In this document: in pieces, positions 26,401-41,400 of the stretch
How the letters are laid out: every line of letters starts with the position of its first letter
Numbering within the stretch: position 1 is the stretch's first letter
NCBI GenBank assembly: GCA_028023455.1
Contig: JAQFVV010000003.1
Location: 24,738,001 to 24,802,000, forward strand
DNA length: 64,000 nucleotides
From: Epiperipatus broadwayi
Lineage: Eukaryota > Animalia > Onychophora
Direction of reading: 5' to 3'
Position numbers and translations under genes: made by a program
The notes under the pieces: generated by a model
The model's input: only the letters and a program-made list of their open reading frames with translations
Told to the model about the DNA's origin: nothing
The model's database searches: none

Positions 26401-29400
26401 TACAGAAGATATTAAAACAACCCATACTAGGTTTGTGCATTAAAATCCCTATTTAGTGCCTACTCATCCAATATTACCAGACTAGTTTTTATCTTGCAGT
26501 CTTGAGAAGCCTTTGATCTGAGAGTATGGCAACAAGACCTTTGGATCTAATGCAACTCTCTAGTAGCAACTTTTCACCTTTTTAGTTAACTATAAAGCTA
26601 CCAGTAGACACTAAATCTTCAACCATCCATTGATTACTATGATTTGCACTACTGAATGGAGTTGTGATTGTATTTTCAGTTTTCATAATCTGTTCAACTT
26701 TGGGACAACATTTTATAAAAACTGAATTTATTGTAAAAAATGTGCTTTACCCAAAAAACTAGGCAAACAGTGAGATATGGTGAAACTGAGTAGTTCTACT
26801 GTGATAAGTTTCAGCTAAGGTAAAAATACTTAAGCCAAGGTAGAGGTTAAAATTCCAAACTCTTATATGCCATAGTAAATTGATTTATATTTGATTCACA
26901 GTAATACATTTTATTTTTAAGTGTGAATGTTATTCTTTCACACAATTACAATCAATTATTGAGAGGAAGAACACAATTTGTCAATGTATTATTGTATAAT
27001 GTCATGTGTAGAAGTTCATAGATATTTTTTCATTCAATCAATTACAATTAGGATGTAGAATGTTACCATTCTACTATAATAGTTGATGCAGCAACATCAG
27101 ATGATTAGGTCAACTTCATCTTTCAGCATAATGGTTCCTTACATCATTATGTAAATACTCATTTGCCATAATGTTGAATGAGTGTACTTTTGTAATGGTT
27201 TCCCTATTCACCTGAATTGACATCTAAAAACTTCTTGTAAAGTTATATCAAGAATACCATTATATGTTAATCTTATAATGCAAACTAACTAAATCAATGT
27301 GATCCTCATCACATGAATAATATGGGTTGCTTAGAGCAGCGTCCAACAAATTGATCGTGATCTACCGGTCGACCGCAAGGCCAATCTGGAAAGAGCTATC
27401 AGATAACGAGTGAAACAAATTAAGTCAAGATTTTAGAGTTTTTTTGTTATTTTTGTTCTAAATTTTTTTCCAATTCTAGATAGGTGAAGTCCATTAAGTC
27501 AGGGGTCTCCAACCCTATGCCTGCGGGCACCACGGCGCCCGCAGACCATTTTATGTGTGCCCGCCGCTATCCAAACATGATAAAAAATTATTTATCTGAT
27601 ACAAATAAATTTAATTTTTAAAATTTCTTATAAATTACTGTATTATATTGTAATCAAATTGTAGGGCATACTATACTTTTACAGCTAAAAAATATAAACG
27701 TTAATTATATTTTAAAATTTTATTTTTGAAATAAATACTTTTTTGTACATTATGTGTATTATTAACAATATCCAACTATAAATTTACATTGAAAAAATAA
27801 ATGATGCCCGCCATATGGTTGAAAAAAATAAATGGTGCCCACCACCTGGCCGGTATTATAGAATGTGCTCTTAAGTGCAAAAAGGTTGGGGACTCCTGCA
27901 TTAAGTCATATCATTATTGAAAATAATATTTTTAATTTTGATTTAATGTAGCTAATTTGAATTAATAAATATTGTTAATAATTACTCATGTTGCTTTAAT
28001 TCCTCCTGACATGAGTTTTATTAGGTAGATATATAAAAATGGTATATATTTCACACTTCCCTCCCCTATGACAAGTTGATAACCTATGACAACAAGTTGA
28101 TCGCAAAACATTTTAAAAATAAAAAGTAGATCTTATGAACACAAAAGTTGGCCACACCCTGGCTTAGAGCATTATATAAATAAATTCATTTCTCCTGAAA
28201 AAAATAATATAAAAAACTTTAAAATCTAAATGAACTATATTCATTTATTATCCCCCCAAAACAATAAATTTAGATTATACATAAGGTATAGCTAGGGTTT
28301 ATTTTATTTTGGATAGACATGGCAGTATTTTAACCTTGGAATCCTCACAGTTAATGAAGAGAGAAAGTTAAATAGCTTAAAGCCTTCTGTAAGGTATGGT
28401 CAAAAAAAAAAAAAAATACACATCAAAACTGATTTACTAGTTTCTGAATTATAGAAGATAGTCAGATTTTATTTTACATATGTAAAATTGACACATTACA
28501 ATATTAATTGTAAAACATTATGTCTGTGTAGATTACACATTATTTAATGTAATAAATATTTGACAGTTTTTAAAAAATAAATATTGGAATAAAATAAAAA
28601 TCCATCATAAATATTACGATTTACCAAAATATTCAACCTTTAAGAAATAAAAAAGGCTATTAAGGCTAGAACTTAAGACTATGCACTTAAATGCGACAGT
28701 AGGGATCTCTATAAATCTTAACACAAGACTAACAACTTTAAAAGACAAGAGCAGCCACTCTTATCTTCAATCTACTTTTTAATTATATAGGCAAACTAAA
28801 GCAATTTGATTTGAGAGCATGAAGCTATTAATTACTTCATTGATTAAGTCCACTCTTGTCTTTTAAAGTCGTTAATCTTGTGTTAAGATTTGTAGAGGTC
28901 CCTACCATCGCATTTAAGCACATAGTCTTAGGTAATGAGTATGTGTTTAACAAATTATGAATTACAACTTTAAAAATGGCTATTGTGAATACATAAGTAA
29001 AAATTTTACTCCAAAAAAAAAAAAGATTCAAATAGTTATATTTTAGTTAATTAAAACACAAATTACTAAACCTACATAAATATGTATTGACCTTCTAAGT
29101 TATTTGTAAAACATTAACACTTGTGTTAGTTAGCAATAATTCACATTACTTGATCAATCAATGGACCTAGATAAGTGAGATATCCAAATCTCCAGACTAG
29201 TTTCTTCTTTAAGATTTGGATGTGATACTACTATCTCAAAAGTAAGCAGGGGAAATTAAGTACTGTTTTATTTTGTATAATATTAATTTATTTTTAAGAA
29301 TATGCAATTTTTATCATAAATAATTGTTTTTAACAAATACCTGCTACATCAAATTCTATTTCTAAGACACATCTCAGACCACAGTCTCTTAAAACTTGAT

Positions 29401-32400
29401 GGGCTTCATCAAGAGTTAATTCCTCAGTATAACGGCCATTGAGGACAATCACTCGATCACCTACTTGAAGGACACCAGTTCTAAAAAACAATAAAATACA
29501 AAAAAAAAATGTATAAATGCAACTTAATGAAGCAAAAAAAAATCATTAAAGACTTATTATTTGTCTAAAATTGAGATGTTAGAATAAACTATATTAACGA
29601 ATGGCAGGCAAGGATAAACTACTGCTGCTGATGTGCATGTTTTGATTGGCTGTAAGACTCCTATTATCTATTTACTTAACCTGCCTTTATATTAGATATT
29701 AAAAAATAGAAAGCAATGGCAAATTATTCTTTAGGGTGACCATGTGTTTGATTGGTTGGAAGTAGTTTACTATCTAATTGCTCAACTTCCTTTTGATCAG
29801 AGAATTCAATTATTGTTCATAAATAACTGATTATCTGGACTTTCAATGTAAAAATAAAATAAAAATAAAAAAAACTCCAAAAAAAAGATTTTAAATATTT
29901 TTAAATTTAATGGTTAACATAATTTACTCAGATGATCAGGTGAAGGCAGCTAAGATTAAAAAAAATTTCATGATTGAAATAAAACTTTAATTACCTAATA
30001 TTTAATTAATAATTAACTTCTACTAGCCACTAGATGAGACATTCTTTGCCAAACTACCCCACCACCCACCCCATGAAGCTTAAATCAAAGTGTTGTTAGA
30101 TTAATAAATGAGTAGTACTATAAGCCAATTTTTAGAAAACATATCTTCATTATTTTCAATAATAGAATAGAATTGTAGAAACTTTTGACTCCATTTTATT
30201 ACTGGTTGTCCTTTTTTTGTCTTCAATTTTTCATTCATCAATAAATCATTCTTTAGAATGACTGTAGAATCTATCATAATTATTGCTGCTTGTCACTTGT
30301 ATCTTTATCTTCAACAGAATGACTGTATAATTCACCTTATTTTTCTCTTATTTGAAATCCATTTTCTATAATGACCTTGCACATTCTTGTAGAACTCATT
30401 TTATTGCTAGTTGCTTTTTTTAAACTTTTTTTTCATCTGTAATTCCTTCATCAAAAGGACTTCATAAAATTCATTTTATTGGTAGTTGTGCTTTGTGTCT
30501 TTACTTTCCATTTTTAATTTTTTTTTCTTACTAGTAGTAATTCTTTCTTTAAAATGGCCTTGTAGAATCCACTTTATTTCTGATTGTTCCTTGAATTTGT
30601 TCCTCATCAATGATTTTTAAACATTTTCCAAGCATTTCTTAACAAAATTGCATTAGATATAGAAATGATTTTTGGTATATCAAAATGACAGCAACCCCAA
30701 TATCCTTAGAAATTGACATAAATACCATGACAGAGTATCATTTTTTCCTATTCTACTTTACTCAATTTTCACATTTGTATAGTATCCAAGATATAAAAGT
30801 TATTCTCCTGAATAACTTATATCAGTTTAGGTCTTGCGACTTAATTTATTGTTAAAATCGCTAAGTATGTCCCCATGCAAATGACATTTTTTTGTCATCA
30901 ATAAATTCTTGACCACTATTTTCAAACTACTCTTAATAAAATTGCATTAGCAACAGAAATATTTCAATACATTTTCAGAATAAAACATTGATGTTTGCTT
31001 TACTTGCTCTCTTTACAAATAATTTTAATTGTCTTTACCAACACTGTAGCATAAAAATATCTCTAGTTTCCAATCTTAAGTTTTTACTATTCTTTTTTTT
31101 TTTTTCATTTATAAAAATACCTGGATAGTATCATTATCTGAACAACTGAATTCATTATTTTTAGAGCCAACCTTACATTTATTGCAAATTCCATAAGGTT
31201 CCCATCTGCAGTGTATATTTTGTTATTGATTAGTGATTTCAGAAGAGAAAATCTGTAAAATAATCAAATGGTTTAATGATAGAGTTTATAAGAAGTTCAA
31301 AAACTACCAGTGATGTAGTTGGGGCCATGATCCAGGAGCGTTATTTATCACCTTTATGTCCTCATTATCAAATTTAAACTAATTGCACTTACTTTAGAAT
31401 GTCAGTCCTGAATATTAATTTAACGAATAAATAATGTTACTTTTATCTTTTTCTATTGTTTATTTGTACTGTGTTTTGTTACTTTAATGTAATAGAGTAT
31501 GTTTCATAAGTTAAGATAAGTTATAAAAAAATGTACTATTATTTATAATTAATAATATTTATATTAAAAAAAATAATCAGTTATTTAATTTATATTATTA
31601 AAACGCTGCAATATACAATATTATTAGAAAACCAAAACTCCCTCTACTAAATTGATTGTGAATAAGTTTCATAGTTTATAATTTACATACTGATTGTTAA
31701 ATATATTATTTAATATTCATCTGACAATGATTTCAAAAGAGGGTGCTTTGTAATTTTATTTAGAATAAAAGAATTAGGTTTTCATGCTAGATTACTGAAA
31801 TCAACTTATAAACAGATTTCAAAAGATAATAAAAACAATTATAACATGATAAATTACAACATATTATAGGTATTGAAAATATTTTTCAAACTTTAATACT
31901 AAAATTGTTTTTATTAAAAGTGATTGTCAATTATAAAGTTTATCAAAAGGTTCCTTATCTCAAACTATCCATTTTGTTCATGAATTCATATCATGTTTTT
32001 CCATGTTCTGCATGATTTAGAACAATAGCAGAGTGTCAGATTGGATCAACTGCAATTCTGGTTCTTTCTGGCTCAAACTTCTTATGAATTCCTAAGCAAT
32101 AAAGCCATTAAATTATTTATTTTATGTCTTTCCATTTTGAAAGCTCATATTTATTACTTTCGCATAGTATGATGTAATAACATTTTTTTCTTCTGCTACT
32201 TTACCTTATTATTCTCTAACAATTTCTTCTAGTGTCTTATTGATATTTTTTATTTTATTTTATTGCCAAGTTTCTATTAATCTATTTTAATAGATTTACA
32301 TTTTTAACTTTATCTTTTCAACTTATCTTCTTGAATCTTTTTCAGAATTTCATTATAAAACCCCTACCCCTCTGCCTCCTTTTCTGAATACTTTTGCCTC

Positions 32401-35400
32401 AGCTCTACTCTACACAAAAAAAGCTTAAAATTTTTTTCCTCAGATCCAACATTAATGGGTTACAGAACAATCTTTTCTCCTTATAAAAAAATCTTTTAAT
32501 TTTGTACAAGTAAATATAAATAATTTTTAAAACCAAATTATAAACATTATTTTCAGGTGGAAAAACCTTATGTTCACATTCAGATTGTTGGATGGACAAA
32601 TTTAGTTCTTAAAACTTATATTGCCCTTGTTTCAATCCTTAAATCAATACCTTTCTAACTGGAGATAAGATCACTATTAATGCAGTTACTTTTAATGTTT
32701 TATACTTATATTATTTCATGCACTATTTGAGAAAATGTATAGTTTACTCATAGGTTTCTATTTGTTACACACTGCAGTATGGTTAAATTATGATTATGTG
32801 TAAAATAAAAGTGTTATATATTTCAGTTTATAAAAAATTCACATCATCACAGATTTACTCTGGAGCAATTATTTAGCCAATATTTAAACAAGTAATTTTT
32901 TTTAAATTTCTATAAAGTTTTTAGGCTTGTAAAATTATAAATATTGCATTCTCTAGATTAATTGAATAGCAGATATTTCTAATATAAAATTTATTTATTC
33001 AAGTGATCCTAGTTGGCTGTGCTACTTTTAGAATGCTATTTTTTAAATCAGATTTACTTAGATAATAATGTGCTTGTAGCTTCAACAGCACTAACACAAT
33101 CCAAATTTGAATTTTTATTCAATCTTTTAAGATGCTTTCCAAAAATGCTCTGACTGTTAAGTGAAACAGCTGCAAGAAAAGGTATTTTAGCTATGCAAAA
33201 TTTAGATAGTTGAAAATATAAATAAGTAAGCCTTTGTTTATTTATAAGATTTTAGAATATGTAAAAAAATCTAAACATTTTCAAAGAGCAGTTATTTTCA
33301 TTTTTTTCTAGAGCTTCACTGAAAAAGGCAAAAATCTCAGAAAATAGTTAGTTTGGGAGTGAAGATTTTAGAGCCCTTTGCTTTGGAATCCATTAGCTAT
33401 TCAAGTTAACCATAGATGGCTCCATGATATGATGAAAATAACTGCTCTTGGAAGCATATGAGCAAAAAAATGAGATCATCTATTGTCATTGTTTTAGTCA
33501 CTTTCAAGTCAATGACAATTTCATGTGATCATATAAACAACATTCCTTCAGAAAGACATCATTTGTTAAATTTTAGGTTGCTTTGAGGCATACTCATTAT
33601 TGTGATGACAGAAACCATGAATCTCGTGATTTGGACAATTTCCTGTTTTTTTTTTTACTATCACAAGATTTTCCAGGCATTATGAATTTTTCTAATTTCA
33701 TGATATGACTAAAACAGAACAATTTCAACTTGCTCTCTTGTACTTTAAGTGAGAGTTCAGATTCATACAGATTAAGTATATATTCTATTTTCCTGTAAGT
33801 CGTGTATGGAATTCTCAAAAGTTTTCATTAGCATCATAGTTTAAAGGCAACAATATTTTCCCTATACTACTTCATCCAATTTTCACATCTATAGGGTCAC
33901 AACTAAGACAATAGTTTGCACAATTTTCGCTTTCAATTTTAAACCTATGTCTCTGCATCTAAAAATTTTTCCCAGCATTTCCTTGCAACTCAGTCCAGAA
34001 TAGACACATGCTTATAGATTTTAAACAGCATCGCAACATTTAATAATTGGGTGCACATTTTGAAATAAAGCTAGTAAAATCTGCTCAATACAAATAAAAT
34101 TCAAGTTTCTTCTGATTTGTGGTTGCGTAGTATTTAGAGCTTGTCATTAATGATGATAAAGATTTACTTGCAGATTGTTCTATGACCCTTGTATTGCTAG
34201 AGTTTATAATTTAGAATTGCATTTTATATCTTATTTTCACAATGAGTTAATAGAAGATGCTTAAATGCACTCATTCTTAACCATATTATAAATAGATCAA
34301 TTACATAATTAGTTATTACATATATATGTAATGATTATAAACTCTAAAAAAAGTCATACTATAATGGCATGTGTAATAGTAATGGTAAAACTACTTTTGA
34401 AGAACATCAATGGTCCTCCAAAGGAGAACTATGAAGACATTTATTACTCTCCAAGAATGGGTGTTCATCCTTATTTTATCCTATAACAACTTTAGCAATT
34501 GTAAAATGAAAAAAAAAATCCATGCTTTATCTTAATCAGATTTGAGCCTTAAATCATAGGCAACATGTGAGTACACTATCATTATTTTACAAATCCCTTT
34601 AATAATGACATGCATCCAAAGATATATAAAGCATAAATATGTTGGGTTTTTTTTCATATAAATGAAAATTTTTTCATATTAACTTGAAGTTAAATTTTGA
34701 CTTTCTTCCAAATATTTACCAAAGTAAATGTAAGATAAATTCAATGAAATTATTTATAAAAAAAAGGTCATCATGACATTTTTAAAAAAAATAAAATTTC
34801 TTGTTTCTGAATGAAAAGTTTTAATAGCAATATGAAGTTCAAAAGAAAATTTGGTTCTGGTAAAAATATTTGCATTATGAACAAACAAGTTTAAATATCA
34901 TGTAATATTTCATGTTTTTTTTAAAAATGAAAACAATTTGATTTAAAAATGAAATTAAAATATACATCCATAAAATTACAGATAAAAAAAATACTGCAAA
35001 GTATAATATTTCATGCATATTAGGCTTTCATTTTACAATGCCAGGATGAAAATTTAATGATCAAGTGATATAATTAATCATGATAGGTATGTTTATGTCA
35101 TTACTTGACAATTCCACTAACATCCCTTCCCCCCCCCCCCAACATTCTGCACCTAGAACCATCTCATAAACTTTATTAAGCTCTAAAGTTTCCTGCAGAT
35201 CATAAAATAATAAAAACTCCTTATATCATTAAAATGTTTACAAAAATCTTATTGCTATAAATATAACTATAGTATTATGATTATTATTTCAATGTTAAAT
35301 TATAAATTTTGTTATTGGTGTTGTTTATATTTGAAAAATGTTACCTTTCGGCAGCACCTCCTGGCTCAATATGTCCAATGATGGGAGGAGAATTCATTGC

Positions 35401-38400
35401 TTCTGTTGTAAATACTCCTCCTTGGAGATTAAAACCGAAACCTTTAGCATCTGCCATAATAACCACTTCAGTAGTCTCTGAATGACACACTTGCAATCCT
35501 GGAGCCATACCCATCAGGGTAGACATTAGTGAAGCTAAAAAATTGTAATAATAAACTTAATATAACAAATGAGAAAGAAAATACTGATAATAAATGTAGC
35601 AACTTCCTCTGCTTATTTTTCTGCATTAGAATCAGTAATTCACTTCATTTACTGTATTCCAGAGCCATCTATTATTTATGAATACAGTATTACCATCTGT
35701 TACTAAAGTATGTAACAGAAGTCTTCACCTTAGAGTGAATATAATGAATGACTGCTCCTAATGCAATACCATTAACTTTACTCTAAAATGCTGTAACTAT
35801 TAACTTCTTTGAATTCATAATACTTTTACAGACTGTTAACAGTTTGGTATAGCACTACTGAATTCAATAGATTATATAATTATTTAATTTTTATAGTACC
35901 TTCACTATATGGTTTGATATTACATAATCAATTATATAATTTTTTATATAAAAGAGCTGAAACTTATAATGTATTAAATGTTTACATTTCAGAAATTGGT
36001 TATTGTATATAATTAATATTTTATTTCACAATGATCCCAGTAACATACACACAATCATATTAATTATGATTAGACAAATTATTATACCGGAGCATATATA
36101 TGTTAAGCATGAAAAAATCTGTGACATTATTAATTAAATTTTTAAAAAAAATCATATTATATAAGTTAGAATATACATATATATACTTAAGTAATAGTAT
36201 AAAGCAACACATGCATATCTGTGTGCCAGATCATAGTAATTGAAACCCCCCTTCTCAATGAAACATTACAAAATTTTACAAGAGGAAATATATATATACT
36301 AATATTCATTTAGAGTGTCAAGTAAATGAAAACAATTTATTAATTACAGTAATAAATCTAAACTTTTCCTAAATTCTCAATAAATTAACTCGTCTTTATT
36401 TGTACATACATATCACAGATACCTTAAAGAGCTTTAAAGTTATCAATTCATTTTTGTTTGTTTTTTAAATAAAATCAGTGTAGTATTATTTAATAGGTAA
36501 GGATTATTTATAATTATACTTTACTTTATTCCTTGAATTGTAGGTTGTTGTGTCATAAATGTCCTGTGATGCAGGCTTTGTAATTACTTTTTAGGTAGGT
36601 AGTGTAGCAGATCAGATTAAAATTCCAGGTGATCAATCAGATAAACTATTCTTTCAGCATTTATCTTTTTAAATTTTCCCAGCATTAACATTTCTTCCCT
36701 CTGAGGAGCTGATGGGGCTTTAATCTGTCTCCTACAATCAAATCAGTTTCAATATGAGAGTTTAATAAGCAATTGCGCTAGATAAAATATTTGCTTATTT
36801 GCTCATAATTAAATTTCAGTAAGAATGACGTTTAGTAAATTCTAAGTAATTACACCGACGTCATTCAGCCAAAAAACATCGTAAATAGTAATTTAAAGTG
36901 AGAATCTACTCACGCTCTCTTTAATAGTTCTTCAGATTTACTCATATAAAAGAATTTGAGTCATAGGAATAAGAGGGATTCTTTTTATTCCTGCATAAAT
37001 ACTATATCTTGGATTGAAGAGAGTATTCATTTATTTAACACTCAAAAGGCGCGTGCTCAATTAGCTTGAAAGGCTGATATTGGAATGAAATATGAGAGTT
37101 TGTAGCTTTGATTGTGAAATATATTGAAACATACTTTTCTAATGCTAAAATTATTGCATTCCCATTGTGATTGGTGTACAACATTAGAATCAACTAGTAT
37201 AATTTTTCTTGATCAAGAAAATCAAAGATAAATAAAAAAGGATCTGCTTTTTTTTTTGAAATTTTTATTATTTTTTCAAGGAAAGAAATCCATTTAGATA
37301 TCTTTAATAACTTTATTGCTGTGTCCCAAACAATATTGTTCAATTACTGTTCAACATTTCTTAGATATAATGAAGATTGCTGACCCAAAGTCCAGTTTCA
37401 TTATAATTAGAATCTCATTTATTATGGATCACAAAAAATTTAGACTAAACCTTCTATCACAAATGTTGGAGCCAGGCTTAGGTTACTTGTTTTAGAAAGA
37501 TAGTTTTTTTTATTATGAAAAAACTGTTTCAATGTATTGAATATGTTTGCAATACCTGAAAATTGTAGAAGATTTTTATTACTTTTCTAGGGATTATATA
37601 GATTTGTATTATGAAGCACTTTTATGACTTTTACTGGTCTTATTGATTTCTAAATAGGCTAATCTTTAGCAGTTAAGTCTAATCACATATTCATTCAATT
37701 AAGAATAACTGAGCAACTGCAGTGCAATAGCTTGATCAGTAAATCATAACCCTTCATATTTAGGACATCTTTGAAGTCACAGATTAGTGATAACTTTCTG
37801 AGCTTGGGATATAATCTACTACCTTAATCTCATTCTCTTGAATGCAGGGGTTTAGAATAAAAGTAGGCTGTAAATAGATTGGTTCTGTTTAAGCATTACT
37901 CCAAAAGGTATATTGGAGGTATTTTAAGATCATAAAAAACTTATATTTCAGATTCATGCACATTTATAAAAGTGCAATTTTAAGATTAATTTTATTTATG
38001 TGGTTTACTTCTCAAAAAAAAAAAAAAAAAAATTGATCAAAATGCATGAAGCAATTTTTCCAAAAATTTGAATTAAATTTTTCTAATGAAACCACTTTTG
38101 CTATTGTAATTCCTTTTAATTCAGTGAAAAAGTAAGAAATAAAAAATTTTCAATACCCCCCCCCCCCCCCCAACAAATGAAATCCCTTCTGAGCACTTTT
38201 TTTTTTTGGTAAAATTTTATATTATTATTCTTTTTTCTTATATTCTCAACCATGATTTCCAGTGTAGATGTAACATTATTCTATTCTAATTGAGGACAAG
38301 TATTAATCCCTAAATGCATTTAATTATATTCCATTATTTAATAGCAATTATTTATATTAACAACAATTTAGATTTTTTATTTTGTTAAGATAGGCAAATG

Positions 38401-41400
38401 TAGTGTACAAGTTTTTGAAAGTTTTATTTTATATAAAATTTGCCACAATTAGATTTAACTAGGAATGAAAGTCTGTAGCAAAAGTTCCAATTCTATTTCA
38501 ATTGCCATGATGTTTCACAGAACAAGGGTTGATTACCCATTGGGTCATAGAAATGAATGTTCAGATATATTCTTATGTATATATGACAATGCAGATCTCT
38601 GTAAATAATTAATTTTATGATTTTATATTGTGATTTATTGTCTCACTATCTGAAATGTTTTTAATCTGACAAATGAGCTGGTTACTGCTTGGTTTTTTCA
38701 ATCCACTTTCCATAGACTATATAGATGGTATAAGATTTAATTGAATTTAATTATACAAAGAAATAAAAGGCAAACTGACTAGCCAAGATAAGTGGCATCT
38801 TCTCCTTCATCGATCTTCAAGTGAAAGACTGCCAATGAGGTCTTTGATTTGCATTGTCCATTTAAAGATATTTTTGCCTATAAGTGGGCATAAATATGTG
38901 AATGCACATAATTTAAAAAATGCAATATAAAAATAATTATAAGGTTGTTTCTAAGGTCATGTTATGTATAAACCAAAGTAAAAAATTGAGCTAGGAATCA
39001 ATCCGGAAAACTTTAGCTCTTGAGTCTGATGCTCTTGTCGCTATGCTAAATCGCCCAAAACATTTAAGGGATGTGCTTCTAGAGGTATTAAGAGGATTTT
39101 ATTTTGATTGCAGCTGAGAAATAATGTAAAAAATCGAATTTTGATCCCATTGCCTAATTTCCTTTTTTTTAAATCAATATTTTTTTTCTTTCTAGAGAGC
39201 ATATATATATAATGACAACAAATACTTCAGTTAAGGATTTTTAAACATCCTGTTTATAAACTAGAACAGCCAGGATATATTATCATAAAAATGATTTCAA
39301 ATAACTAATTCCCAGATGTTGAGAGAGTCAGATTTTAAGTTGTATAAATTTAAAATGACTTTTTATTTTATAATTTTTTTCAAAATGTAGGTTAAAATGT
39401 GACTTGATATCGAAACATTTCCTGTATGTTAATGAAATACTCTTCATCTGATTAAAGTAAATCATATCACACAACGGTCATCAGAATCAGTTCAACGGGT
39501 GGCATACTTCCTCCTCCTCACTTGCCGTTATAGAATGCCTCCAAAGAACACAAAGATCACTATGAAGCAGCAGATGCTGTAACTAGACACTTTTACATTT
39601 GTTTCCATAGTAACCTGCAATTGTCTACCATGTGCCAATATTTTAAATCAGCCTATCTAACAAGACAAGTAAAGGCTAGTTAAAGAACTGGGCTTGACTA
39701 ACAATAGTAATTGGAAAAGAATGCAAGTTAAATATAAGTAGTTTTTAAAACCAACTATAAAATGCATTTAACCGGATTTTTTTAAATATCCATGTTAATT
39801 TATTATAGATATTGGGGATGGGGGAGGATGCAACATATAATAAGAAAGAGTTTTTCTTAATATCAATCATTACCTTCTTTATATAGAAATTGTTCTCTGA
39901 AAGTTTCAACAAAAATTATTTTATTATTAAAAAAGTATAATAAAGATAAAAGAAGTTGAAAAGTTCATATTTCTGCTTAACGAACCATTATTTACATTTT
40001 ATTCATAACTGTCTCCAGATATTTGTACTCTAAATAAACGAACAATTACTTATATAATATAATTTCAAATTAAAAAATAGGGAAGGGGATTTAATATTTC
40101 AAGTGTTTATCATCCTTCCATTGATACTTACATTTAATAAGTATTTGAATGAATTAAGAAATATAGTAACTAAGACATAATCTGTGATCATCACTGATGG
40201 TAATTTACCACATCTTGAAATCATCTTAATGCTTTATTATAGCATCTCAAGTTTAGATTTACATCATAAGCTTAATAAGTCCTTTTACAACCAGAATGCA
40301 AATATTTAGACTGATAAAGAGCAAGGGTAGAATTTTGTAAGGTGGGTGGGCTGAGAACTATCGCTAACTCAATTAAATATTTGCAAAAGCTCTCTTTAAA
40401 TGTAAAATACAAACAGTAAGCATTATTTATGATGAATTATATATTTTCATGGATAAATTCAAGATATAAAAAATTGTATTAAATGGATTAATCCCAGATT
40501 AAATCTTGATTGAACTTTACTCAAAGGATTCATCTCTACTGAATCTTAATTTTATGAACTGTTTAATCGATAGACTATTTCATTCACTATTTACTTGTAC
40601 AAAACCTATAATTTGTAATTGATTTCAATTGTAGTTGATTATGTCCCTAGAATTAGACCTAAATGGAAATGTAAATAAATTGTTTTTGAAACTAAATGGA
40701 AATTATCCATGTAATAACAAGAAACAATACCATTTAGAATTGATATCCCAATTTAGTAAACCAGAATAGCCAAAATTGTTTTATTGGAAATAAAGACAGC
40801 ATTTTTTTTTTTGAAAAAAAAAAAAAAAGTTTTATGTTCAACAATCAAAATAAATTAAGATTTCATCTTTCATTTCTTTTTTTTTTTACTACTCTAATTA
40901 ATTACAAATATTTTTTAGTGAATTAATCATGAAATTCAATGAAAGTATATTTTAAAAAAATATAGCTTCATCTATTGCACATCACTGAAAACTTACTAAA
41001 CCAATAGTAATGAGGTTTGAAACTTAGCCAGCCAACACTGTTAGACTGGACAATTTTGAAGTATTGCATTATTATCAATGCCTAATACATCTGTTTGATA
41101 GAAGTATGTTAAAAATTGATTACAAGATTTTAGCCAAATAAACAAACAAAACAACAGAATTTGTCTGAAGGTTTGTAATGATGGTATATCATTAGATGTG
41201 ATATGTTGGACTATTTCCATGATCTATGAGTTAATGTTGAATGTATTGAAAATTTTAAACTTTATTTAAACTTTCCAAATACAAACAACTTGTTAGTAAT
41301 AACACACAAATAGACAACACAGTTTCCCAACTGAGCTATTCTGTCCTTTGCAGTTAATAGAGTGTTTGCCTTAAATTCGATATTCAAGAAGGTAAAGGTG

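Noticed and set aside
31900-32620. Possible piggyBac or hAT transposase relic on the minus strand
   Set aside because: Only scattered weak resemblances; no catalytic motif could be read.
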